Source: Candidatus Bathyarchaeota archaeon (GTDB lineage: Archaea > Thermoproteota > Bathyarchaeia > 40CM-2-53-6). Taken from it: a stretch of 64,000 nucleotides of DNA. Positions 9,933-18,288 of this stretch are shown piece by piece. Under the pieces are notes generated by a model, which did no database searches, had not been told where the DNA came from, and saw only the letters and a list, made by a program, of their open reading frames with translations. The stretch's first letter is position 1. Each line of letters opens with the position of its first letter. The position numbers and the translations under genes were made by a program. The DNA is taken from assembly GCA_963733055.1 (NCBI GenBank), contig CAVTBR010000002.1, forward strand, positions 224,001 through 288,000. The letters run 5' to 3'.

Positions 9933-11033
9933 TCAGGTGGTTTTTGCTTGATATCCTACGGCCTTGGACGAAAGATAGTCGCCTAGCCTCGCTGCGGAAA
10001 TCAGCAGAAAGAATACCAATACAATCCCGCCTGCCACGTAGAGGTTGATAACTTCGACAAGGTTTGCGAGAACGGTGAATGCTGTGCCATACGTTGTGCT
10101 TGCCATGTCGAGGATTGTGAAGTAGTAGTTGAAGAACCAGTGTAGGAGGATGTCGGCGTAGGCGCCGTAGCTTACGTACATGATTGCGAATACAAGGCCT
10201 GCCAGGGCAGCGGTGGAAACTTTACCGATCTCCCAACCTCCCCCGCTAATGTAGTGGGCCAGCCCGAACACTGCTGAGGTTACTAGGATAAGCGCCCACT
10301 CGAGTGGACTAATGCCATGAATGAAACCGTTTGCGGCGACGGTTTTGTAACCTAGTTTCGCCTTCGCCATTTCAGGGCTGAAAAGAACGAGGAGAAATAA
10401 ACCCGCGCGCTTCTTCAGACCAGTCAATCGTGGATCGGATCGGTAAACGATGAGGAGGAATACGGCGAGAGGGATTCCGATCGTGGTTATCCTGAAAGCG
10501 AATTCTTCGTTTATTGGAGCGTAGGCAAGATTAAGGAGAATCAAATAGGGGCTCGTCTGGGCGGGGAAATTCAAGCTTCCCGTCTGAATGCCCTGCGTCG
10601 TTTGGAATTCTGAAATAATAATCGTTGCCGTAAGCAGACCAGTACCGACCAAGGGCATCAAGTATAGGAAATTCGTTTTCCCGACTGAAATCGGCTTAGA
10701 GAGTGCACCCTTAACCGATTTTAGAAAGCCTCCGGCGCTAAGAAATGCAGCCGCTACGCAGGCTACGAAAATGATCCAAATTGCCGCGAATAGAGCTCCG
10801 TGGCTCATTCCGCCGGGAAGGGGGACCGTGTACAGCATGAAGATGTCCAACGGCAGCTGATGGATTATGTGCCCAGCGTCTTTCAGGCCGTCGGAAGTTG
10901 AGAAGTATAGTACTGGGCCTAAGACTAGTGTAATTATGTAGGTGATGGCTGAGAAAACCGCCAGGATTAGGGCAAGGGCTCTACCAAGAGCAACTACGCT
11001 CTGTAGTGACTTTGTATCCACTGACAATCGCAC
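9933..11033 (-). CDS. CPBP (CAAX/Abi) family intramembrane glutamic endopeptidase
   Basis: APINEEFAFR, FGLAHY, LLHWFFNY motifs; multiple TMs. Confidence 0.88.
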   Translation of the reverse strand: MRLSVDTKSLQSVVALGRALALILAVFSAITYIITLVLGPVLYFSTSDGLKDAGHIIHQLPLDIFMLYTVPLPGGMSHGALFAAIWIIFVACVAAAFLSAGGFLKSVKGALSKPISVGKTNFLYLMPLVGTGLLTATIIISEFQTTQGIQTGSLNFPAQTSPYLILLNLAYAPINEEFAFRITTIGIPLAVFLLIVYRSDPRLTGLKKRAGLFLLVLFSPEMAKAKLGYKTVAANGFIHGISPLEWALILVTSAVFGLAHYISGGGWEIGKVSTAALAGLVFAIMYVSYGAYADILLHWFFNYYFTILDMASTTYGTAFTVLANLVEVINLYVAGGIVLVFFLLISAARLGDYLSSKAVGYQAKTT

Positions 11034-11163
11034 CGTTTTAACTACGAATCCGAACTAACGGGCCTAATCAATATACTGGTGCTAATCTTCGGAACGGGCC
11101 TGAATTGGATGGATCGGGATGAATATTCTATAGCTGACTATCTGATCCCCGACAAGACCAGTC

Positions 11164-12360
11164 CTAAGTGTATTTTTTGAGTTCGTCCACCTTGTCGGTC
11201 CGTTCCCATGTGAAGTCGGGATCGTCTCGCCCGAAATGTCCGTAGGTTGCGGTTTTTCTGTAGATGGGCCGTCGAAGGTTTAGGTGCTCGATTATTCCCT
11301 TTGGGGTCATATCGAAAACCGTTTTCACCGCCTCCGTAATCTTCTCGTCCGGCACTCTACCTGTTCCGTAGGTGTTGACCATGACCGAGACTGGCTTCGA
11401 TACCCCAATCGCATACGCGATCTGTACGTCGCATTTGTCAGCCAATCCGGCTGCTACTATATTCTTTGCGATGTACCGTGCCATGTAACTTCCGGACCGA
11501 TCCACCTTCGTCGGATCCTTTCCCGAATAGCAACCACCGCCGTGGCTTCCGATTCCGCCGTACGTGTCGACGATTATCTTCCGTCCAGTGAGGCCGGAGT
11601 CGGCGAGCGTGCCGCCTATAGTGAAGCGGCCGGTTTCGTTTATGAAGAATTTGGTGTTCTTGTCGAGCATGTTCTTGGGAATGACGTGTTCGATCACTTT
11701 CTCGATTATGTCCTTCCTCATTGGTTCCCTCGGCACGTCTTCATTGTGTTGCGCCGCGATGACGACGGCGTCTATTCGTTTGGGCCTACCGTTTGAATAT
11801 TCAACGGTGACTTGCGACTTTCCGTCGGGACGTAGGTAGGGCAGAATTCCCTGTTTCCTCACCTCGGCGAGGCGTTTGACTAGCTTGTGGGCTAAGACGA
11901 TGGGTAGGGGCATGAGTTCGGGAGTTTCATTCGTAGCATACCCGAACACCATTCCCTGATCGCCCGCGCCAATATCCTCCTTATCGACGCCCATGGCTAT
12001 GTCCGGGGACTGCTCTTCTACTGAAACAAGAACTCCGCAGGCTTCCCAATCCAAACCAACTTTCGCATTGTCGAAGCCGATATCGCGAAGGACATTACGG
12101 ACAATATGGTTCATGGCCACATAGCTGGTGGTGGAGATTTGGCCAGTAATAATTATCGTTCCTTTCATTATGAGAGTCTCTATGTCGACGCGCGATTTGG
12201 GATCCTTCTGAATGATTGCATCGAGAATTGCGTCTGAGATTTGGTCCGCTACCTTGTCGGGGTGGCCTTCGGTGACGCTCTCGGAAGTGAACATGTAAGA
12301 ACGAGGCTTTTGGCTCACAGCCACCGCAACGCTTGATGACCCGGTGGAAAGTTTGCTCAA
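11164..12360 (-). CDS. metK: S-adenosylmethionine synthetase, bacterial/eukaryotic type
   Basis: [49 protein letters not shown]. Confidence 0.97.
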   Translation of the reverse strand: MSKLSTGSSSVAVAVSQKPRSYMFTSESVTEGHPDKVADQISDAILDAIIQKDPKSRVDIETLIMKGTIIITGQISTTSYVAMNHIVRNVLRDIGFDNAKVGLDWEACGVLVSVEEQSPDIAMGVDKEDIGAGDQGMVFGYATNETPELMPLPIVLAHKLVKRLAEVRKQGILPYLRPDGKSQVTVEYSNGRPKRIDAVVIAAQHNEDVPREPMRKDIIEKVIEHVIPKNMLDKNTKFFINETGRFTIGGTLADSGLTGRKIIVDTYGGIGSHGGGCYSGKDPTKVDRSGSYMARYIAKNIVAAGLADKCDVQIAYAIGVSKPVSVMVNTYGTGRVPDEKITEAVKTVFDMTPKGIIEHLNLRRPIYRKTATYGHFGRDDPDFTWERTDKVDELKKYT

Positions 12361-12391
12361 GTGGTTTCACTGAAACTTGGCGGAACTCCGA

Positions 12392-12439
12392 TATTCCTAT
12401 AATATAACTTTACGATACGGAAGTATTCCAACAAGAATT
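12392..12439. promoter_or_regulatory. metK promoter with two TATTC-N6-GAATA-like operator sites
   Basis: TATTCctataaTATAA (12392-12407, overlapping the TATA) and TATTCcaacaaGAATT (12424-12439). Confidence 0.5.
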
Positions 12440-12482
12440 ATTGCGAATATGGTTATTCGTTGAATGCCTTGGCAAGTTCGAG

Positions 12483-12577
12483 GGTGTAGCACACCGTGTG
12501 CTACGCCGTGATTTTCGCCTGGGAAACGCCCTGAAAACAGGGGTGTAAGTCACTGTGACTTACACCATGATTTCGGC
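12483..12577. repeat. Two related 25-bp palindromes, 59 bp apart
   Basis: GGTGTAGCACAC-C-GTGTGCTACGCC and GGTGTAAGTCAC-T-GTGACTTACACC, both followed by RTGATTT(T)CG. Confidence 0.85.
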
Positions 12578-13002
12578 AGGAGGGGTGGCTTCTGAATGCT
12601 CAGAGGTCTAGGCAGTCAGGGAACGAACTGGGATACAGTTCGGCGGAACTGTGGCGCAGTTGAACCGTCATGTGATAGAGTACGAGGAAAAACGAGGGTG
12701 AAGGTCACCCCTGTTTTTCCGGCCGTGAGGAGCCAATCGTGGCATTTCGGCATGACCAGGTCATACCCTTATCCGCAGTTCATGCCCCTACCGGGGTCTA
12801 CCTGGGCTACCAGTGTAGAACCGGCATCGGTCACTGCGAAGATTGCGTCGTCGAACATGGAATGCTTCTGCCTTTTCACCTGCATGGCCTTGGAGAGCGA
12901 CATACTTGATACTAACACGCGACGGACACGTGAAACCTCAACCCTCTGCATAAAACGCCTCAAAACCGCAGATGCGTATGAGAATAATAACGCCTCCGTG
13001 AA

Positions 13003-13018
13003 TATTCCCATAAGAATA
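13003..13018. promoter_or_regulatory. Palindromic operator candidate upstream of the HTH-CBS regulator
   Basis: TATTC-ccataa-GAATA, 16 nt before the start codon. Confidence 0.5.
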
Positions 13019-13034
13019 GCCTTCGAAAACAGGT

Positions 13035-13604
13035 TTGAATCCCATGCTACCAGGGTTGGAGGAGATTGGAAGGCGACGCCGGCTCCTAGCGATGAGTCAG
13101 AAGAAGCTGGCCAACCTCGCAGGTATCAGCCAGTCTATGATTGCGAAAATCGAGAGTAAGAACATCAGCCCGTCATACTTGAAGACTAAGGCCATCTTTG
13201 ACACGCTCGAGAGTTTGGAGCGGAGGAACGAGCTAAAGGCTAAGGAAATCTGTCACGGAAAGGTTGTGAGTGTGCAGGCGCATGAGCCAATCTCGAGGGG
13301 GGTGCATTTAATGCGGGAGACGGGTTTCTCCCAGCTACCCGTCTTCAATGGAACCCAAGTCGTGGGAAGCCTTACGGAGAAGACGATTCTTCAGAAGTTA
13401 GTGTCGTCCCCCAAACCCGAGCTAACCGCGAAAGGGGAGATTGAGACGATAATGGACGAGGCCTTCCCGCTTGTGAATGAGGTTGCACCGGTGTCGATGG
13501 TTTCTGCGCTGCTCCAGTATGAGCCTGCGGTGCTCGTTGTTCGGCGTGGACACGTGTTGGGCATAATCACGAAAGCGGATTTGCTGAAGGTAATTGGATC
13601 CTAA
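13035..13604 (+). CDS. XRE-type HTH transcriptional regulator with C-terminal CBS pair
   Basis: MSQKKLANLAGISQSMIAKIES HTH; FSQLPV and GIITKADLL CBS motifs. Confidence 0.92.
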   Translation: MNPMLPGLEEIGRRRRLLAMSQKKLANLAGISQSMIAKIESKNISPSYLKTKAIFDTLESLERRNELKAKEICHGKVVSVQAHEPISRGVHLMRETGFSQLPVFNGTQVVGSLTEKTILQKLVSSPKPELTAKGEIETIMDEAFPLVNEVAPVSMVSALLQYEPAVLVVRRGHVLGIITKADLLKVIGS

Positions 13605-14821
13605 CTTGATGTCTTTCCCTTTGCGGCCGCGACGATATTGACGACATCTCGGTCTTTCAACTTGTAATCTTTCGGAAGACGAATCTTTGTTCGTGCATCA
13701 ACCGCGTAAATCATCGTCCTTGCTAACTCACTGTGAATCTGGGCGGCGAGGTCTGTTATGGAGGCGTTGTAAGGGACCAAGAAGGCGTCCGGAAGCACGG
13801 CTCCTTTTCGATCCGATAACTTCTCAGCGTCCTCAACGGGATAAACCGCGTTCATCCCGAGCAGTTTGAAGACGCATGTGTTTAGAGCGAACTGTACACC
13901 AGTCCGTATCCATTGCGAGAAAACGCGTTGCTCAACGTAGGTTAGCGCGTTTTGTTGTTCGAGCGTAAGTTTACTCTTATCTTTGACCTTGAAGGCTTCC
14001 TCACCGGGAACGTACTCAATATACCCCTGCTGTTCCGCCCTCCGAAGGGCGAGTTCAGCGTCGCTTGACGCGGGAATCACGAATGCCTGACCAAACTCTT
14101 TGATCAGCTTCTCATAGTTCTTCTCACCTAACGCGATGTCCATCTTGTTTGCCACGATCAGTGTTGGCTTTGAGATTTCGCGCACGCTCTTGGCGAAATT
14201 CCAAACATCTTGCCGGGTCCACTTCCCCAAGTCCTTGTCGGTGAGGTTCGTTGCGTTGAGTGCTTGCGTTATGTGAGTTGGAGTGATCTTCATTCCGGCT
14301 AAGTCTTGCGCGAAGAGGTGGTCTACGGTTGACCCTTTCTTTGAATGGTTCTTCACTTTTCCGAGTGTCTTCTCGACCGATTTTGAATACCAGCGTACAA
14401 TTTCTTCCTCAATGTCGTAAACGTCGGCGACAGGGTTGCCCATGCCGGGCTTGGTGAGTTTTCCATCAGCGTCTAAGCTGGCTGAGGCGTCTGCGATGTG
14501 TATGAGAGCGTCCGCCTGGGATGCGACGCTTAGGAATTGCGTTCCTAAGCCCTTTCCCTCCCACGAGCCTTTGATCAGGCCGGGGAGGTCAATTAGTTGG
14601 ATTGGGATGAAACGGGAGCCGTCGATGCAGGTTGAGTTTCGCGGATTGTCCTTGACGCCCAGTTCTTTGCATACGCAGATTGTCTTTGCATTGGATTGGC
14701 CGATGTTGGGTTTCTTCGTGGTGAAGGGGTATGTGGAGACTTCTGCGGTTAGGAGGGTTGCTGCGTTGAAGAACGTTGTTTTGCCGGCGTTTGTCTTACC
14801 GATGAGTCCTATCTTGAGCAA
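13601..14821 (-). CDS. ychF: Obg-family YchF-related GTPase/ATPase with TGS domain
   Basis: GKTNAGKTT, YPFTT, DLPGL, NKMD; C-terminal TGS (IHSEL). Confidence 0.9.
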   Translation of the reverse strand: MLKIGLIGKTNAGKTTFFNAATLLTAEVSTYPFTTKKPNIGQSNAKTICVCKELGVKDNPRNSTCIDGSRFIPIQLIDLPGLIKGSWEGKGLGTQFLSVASQADALIHIADASASLDADGKLTKPGMGNPVADVYDIEEEIVRWYSKSVEKTLGKVKNHSKKGSTVDHLFAQDLAGMKITPTHITQALNATNLTDKDLGKWTRQDVWNFAKSVREISKPTLIVANKMDIALGEKNYEKLIKEFGQAFVIPASSDAELALRRAEQQGYIEYVPGEEAFKVKDKSKLTLEQQNALTYVEQRVFSQWIRTGVQFALNTCVFKLLGMNAVYPVEDAEKLSDRKGAVLPDAFLVPYNASITDLAAQIHSELARTMIYAVDARTKIRLPKDYKLKDRDVVNIVAAAKGKTSS

Positions 14822-14941
14822 GGACCTTCAGGAGAAATTCATCTTTGGGGAGTATTATACGCGTTCCCTCATATTCAGCCATAACCGTTATAGCAACTCG
14901 TTGAGGGTCAGGTGCTGGGGCCGACCCTGTCCAACCGATGT

Positions 14942-15164
14942 GGGGCCGTAGTCACTCCGAGGGAGTGGCGGTGTCTAGCCAGGGATGACGACAGGGATAC
15001 GTACCCGCCAAGGGCTCCAGAAGACCAAACCTTAACGGGTTTGCGGACCTGAACGGAATGACGAACTTCAGGAGCGAAGAAACCCGTAGACATGACGGTA
15101 TGGCGGAAGTCGAGGGTTCAAAATGGTTCACGGCCGAACCATGAGAGTCCCTTCGGCCCCACCA
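14942..15164 (+). tRNA. tRNA-Trp(CCA) with five BHB introns: 14952-14973, 14993-15011, 15021-15081, 15090-15108, 15123-15147
   Basis: Spliced product GGGGCCG TA GTCT AGCCAGGGA TGAC G ACGGG CTCCAGA CCCGT AGGTC GAGGG TTCAAAT CCCTT CGGCCCC ACCA (77 nt); each junction shows a 4-bp helix with 3-nt bulges. Confidence 0.9.
15146..15164 (+). repeat. attL (19-bp direct repeat)
   Basis: AGTCCCTTCGGCCCCACCA, identical to 27386-27404. Confidence 0.93.
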
Positions 15165-15223
15165 CATGCATCAAACGAGTCCTTATATTCATATTAGAGC
15201 ACAGGCTGTAGAGGCGTCATGAG

Positions 15224-16732
15224 TTGCCTCGCCTCCCCAAATACGAGAAATTGAAAGAAGATCCAAACCTCAAACTTTGGTTCGATAATCACAGCAAGCA
15301 AATCACAGCAAAAGGGGACTTGCGACGTCTCGGGCTGTTTTGTGAACTGTTCAACGTTACCCCTCAAGACATCGTCGAGTTAGCCCAACCGCCAGCTTCG
15401 CCCCTTGATGCCAAGAAGTGGATCATTGGGAAAGTAGCGATACTACAGGACGAAAAACACGGTTTTAAGGGAAATTATGTTGCGAATTTTGTTAAATCTT
15501 TGGTAAGTTGGCTTGGGCATAACGGAATCACTCTACCTGAGAAACCAGAGATTCACATTAAAGGACGAGGCAAAAACAGGAAGTTTCGAGGAGAAGAACC
15601 GCCCTCACCTGATGAGCTTCAACAACTCTTAGATGTCATTTCTGACCTGCGACAAAAGGTGACAATCAGCCTAATCGCATTCAGCGGTCTCAGACCTCGC
15701 ACGCTCGGCAACCATGACGGTAGCGACGGATTAAGAATTAGAGATTTGCCTGAACTGCACATCGACTACAAGGAACGAAAAGTAACCTTCTACAGAATGG
15801 ACGAAAGAAAGAAGAAATTTCCTGCCATACCCACACGAATTGTCGTTAGAGAAGAAATTAACAAGGGCGAAGATAGAGAATACCAAACTTTCTTGAACCA
15901 ACAGGGTTGCCAGTTTCTCGAGTTTTACCTCAAAGACCGCATGACACCTAAACCACACAGAGTTTATGACAAGAAAGGCAGACCTGTCCTAGACAAAAAT
16001 GGCAAGCAGAAGGAGGAGCTTAGAGCCGAGAAGCTAACAGACGACAGCCCCATAATAGCCCATAACCACCCTTACCGTTTGCAGTATGAGAAGGTGGGCA
16101 AAATCAACTATTACACTGAAAGCTTTGTTCCCGCCCAGAACATCTCCTACGCCATAATCAGTCCGGTTTTCAAGAAGCTTGGATTGAAACAACCGAGCGG
16201 AGACGACAATCGACCTTACGTTTTGAGGTCGTACTTTGACAATCGGCTCATGAGTGCGGAATCAGACAAGAAAATAGGCGTAATCTACTCGTGGAGGCAA
16301 TATTGGATGGGGCATGTTGAAGGAATTGAAGCCGTTTACACCACAAACAAAGGAATTCCGAAAGACGTCATTGAACAAATGAGAAAGGCATATGCTCAAG
16401 CATCAGACCAATACCTCACCCCACCAAAAACAGCGCTAGTCAGTGCGGACGAAGCAATTGCTAAACTACGAAGAGACATCTTATCCGGGATAATGAGTGA
16501 AGAGGAAATCGGCAATCTCGGCGACTTATCTCAATACACAATGAAGCAGATACTGGATATGACGGGCAACAAGCTTCAACCAAAACAAACCGTCCCATCA
16601 AAGCCTTCTGGAGAAATCATAGAAGTCCCACGTGAACAAGTTGTCAAGAAAATGAACGAAGGCTACAAAATAGTCCAGAAACTGGATGACCACACCTTCG
16701 CCATGGAACCCAAAATCAACGTGACCTCTTGA
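15224..16732 (+). CDS. Tyrosine recombinase/integrase
   Basis: FSGLR (Arg), RPYVLRSYF (HxxR equivalent), WMGH...EAVY (catalytic His and Tyr). Confidence 0.9.
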   Translation: MPRLPKYEKLKEDPNLKLWFDNHSKQITAKGDLRRLGLFCELFNVTPQDIVELAQPPASPLDAKKWIIGKVAILQDEKHGFKGNYVANFVKSLVSWLGHNGITLPEKPEIHIKGRGKNRKFRGEEPPSPDELQQLLDVISDLRQKVTISLIAFSGLRPRTLGNHDGSDGLRIRDLPELHIDYKERKVTFYRMDERKKKFPAIPTRIVVREEINKGEDREYQTFLNQQGCQFLEFYLKDRMTPKPHRVYDKKGRPVLDKNGKQKEELRAEKLTDDSPIIAHNHPYRLQYEKVGKINYYTESFVPAQNISYAIISPVFKKLGLKQPSGDDNRPYVLRSYFDNRLMSAESDKKIGVIYSWRQYWMGHVEGIEAVYTTNKGIPKDVIEQMRKAYAQASDQYLTPPKTALVSADEAIAKLRRDILSGIMSEEEIGNLGDLSQYTMKQILDMTGNKLQPKQTVPSKPSGEIIEVPREQVVKKMNEGYKIVQKLDDHTFAMEPKINVTS

Positions 16733-17021
16733 CCTCTTTCTCAGCAAGCTCAATCAATACTTGCAACTTAATTCTTGCAATCTCCCAAGGTAAGGTGTCA
16801 AGTTCATTATCGAGAATCTGCGCCCTCACATCGCTATCCTCAGCCAGAAACTGCTTTCCCCAATTTCTTATAGCGACCAGAATCTTCTTTCGATTCTCTC
16901 CCGTGTCAATCATCCGTCGAATCTTAGCCAGATCATTGGAGGGAGCAATGACCCTCCGCACTCGCTCTCGGATAACGCTCTTACTTCGTGTCTTAGACTT
17001 CAAAACAAGACCAACAAACAA
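16716..17021 (-). CDS. Small basic hypothetical protein, convergent with the integrase
   Basis: 101 aa helical ORF overlapping the integrase stop. Confidence 0.5.
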   Translation of the reverse strand: MFVGLVLKSKTRSKSVIRERVRRVIAPSNDLAKIRRMIDTGENRKKILVAIRNWGKQFLAEDSDVRAQILDNELDTLPWEIARIKLQVLIELAEKEVKRSR

Positions 17022-17068
17022 GTCTTGCTTTCAACCATATATCAACAATAAATAAGTCTCCCGAAAAG

Positions 17069-17803
17069 GTGTGGGAGGTAACGCCAGCGGTCTCTGACTT
17101 GAGTTACTGCCACTGGAGAGATTTTAGAAGTTACGTTGAACACTGTTTCAAAAATCAGAATAATCCGCTCTCTAAGGCTTTATGCGCACTTTTTGCTTTC
17201 TCAGGTCTGAAACTCCAAGAAACCCGGCTAACTTTAGGAGACCTCACGGAATTCACCGTCACGAATAGTCAGGTTGGTACCAGCGCAACGCCTGCCAAGA
17301 TTGTCATCAGAGACAGGTCAAATATCCCAACACATTGTAGTTTCCTCAGCAGCGAAGGATGCGCCTATCTGGCAGAATATCTTCGCTACACGTGCATCGA
17401 TACGCCGAAATACCATGACCTATACCTCGGTGCTCCGCACACGGGAAGGTTGGTCTTCAATCAGAAACTCATCGCGCGTCAAAAGCTATCGCATATTGCG
17501 AAGATTTCAAGAACATATTTTCTTATGTCACTCCTTAAAGCGCAGAGTGAAAGGAGGACTGACCTGACAATCGATGCAATCAAGTTCCTAGCCGGTTATC
17601 CGGAAGAATCCACCGTCCGCCTCTTCAACGAACCAGAAATTGACCAGATCAGGAACCAATACGCTTCAATCGAAGACGAATACTTCGCAACAAGACCCAG
17701 GGAAACGAGTGAGAAATTACCAGATTTGAGCTGGGCAATGCGTATAGCAGAAGAAGAACATGAAAGACGGACTGGCGCGCATAAGCGCTCGCTTTGTTGT
17801 TGA
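17069..17803 (+). CDS. Degenerate integrase catalytic-domain paralogue
   Basis: FAFSGLK, PAKIVIR, SFLSSEGCAYLAEYL, RTYF, FLAGY, IDQIRNQYA align collinearly with the adjacent integrase, but catalytic residues are replaced. Confidence 0.7.
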   Translation: MWEVTPAVSDLSYCHWRDFRSYVEHCFKNQNNPLSKALCALFAFSGLKLQETRLTLGDLTEFTVTNSQVGTSATPAKIVIRDRSNIPTHCSFLSSEGCAYLAEYLRYTCIDTPKYHDLYLGAPHTGRLVFNQKLIARQKLSHIAKISRTYFLMSLLKAQSERRTDLTIDAIKFLAGYPEESTVRLFNEPEIDQIRNQYASIEDEYFATRPRETSEKLPDLSWAMRIAEEEHERRTGAHKRSLCC

Positions 17804-18288
17804 AGAATTCACTTGAAAGTAGAGAGGCGAGGAGACGCAAACATACACACCGCCCCAAGAAGCACGAATGCAAGTACCCAAACCGCAGACCATATTCTAT
17901 CTGTCACCATTGGTAATACTCCGACAAGCAAGATTAGCAGGTTGAACGAATCCGCCCATGAGGGTTATCCAGAGGGTCGGTCTTTACTCTGCAATATTCA
18001 GACCTTATCTGGCTTTAATTTCGACTCATAGCATGAGTTGAAAGAGGAGTCTTTCGTTGCGCACCACGTCCTTGAAGAAATTGCTCTCCTCTCAATGTCC
18101 TCATCTTCTACAACGTGGGTGCCGACTTTCAATAGCGGTTGTGTTAATCGCTGATTATGTTCTGTTAGGTTCTCGACCTCACGGATTTGGCGTTTGGCGA
18201 TAGGAATTAGAACTCGGTCTGTGCTTTCCGAGAAATCTCCCTTCGCCGCTTTTTATACCCTCACGGGAGTAATGGTAGGTGAAAATGC

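Noticed and set aside
12596-13159. 187-aa plus-strand ORF and 80-aa minus-strand ORF 12769-13011
   Set aside because: No recognisable motifs; they overlap the regulator start or promoter and the hairpin-rich region, although the 80-aa ORF cannot be fully excluded
14917-14948. Possible sixth intron in the acceptor stem using the upstream GGGGCCG as exon 1
   Set aside because: No BHB helix could be built in the registers I tried; treated as a leader or decoy instead
14908-15167. ORFs 14908-15093 and 14952-15167 on the minus strand
   Set aside because: They are antisense to the five-intron tRNA-Trp and have no protein features
17804-18288. Short ORFs in island spacers (also 19730-20320 and 27024-27365)
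   Set aside because: Fragmentary frames with no recognisable motifs, probably decayed sequence
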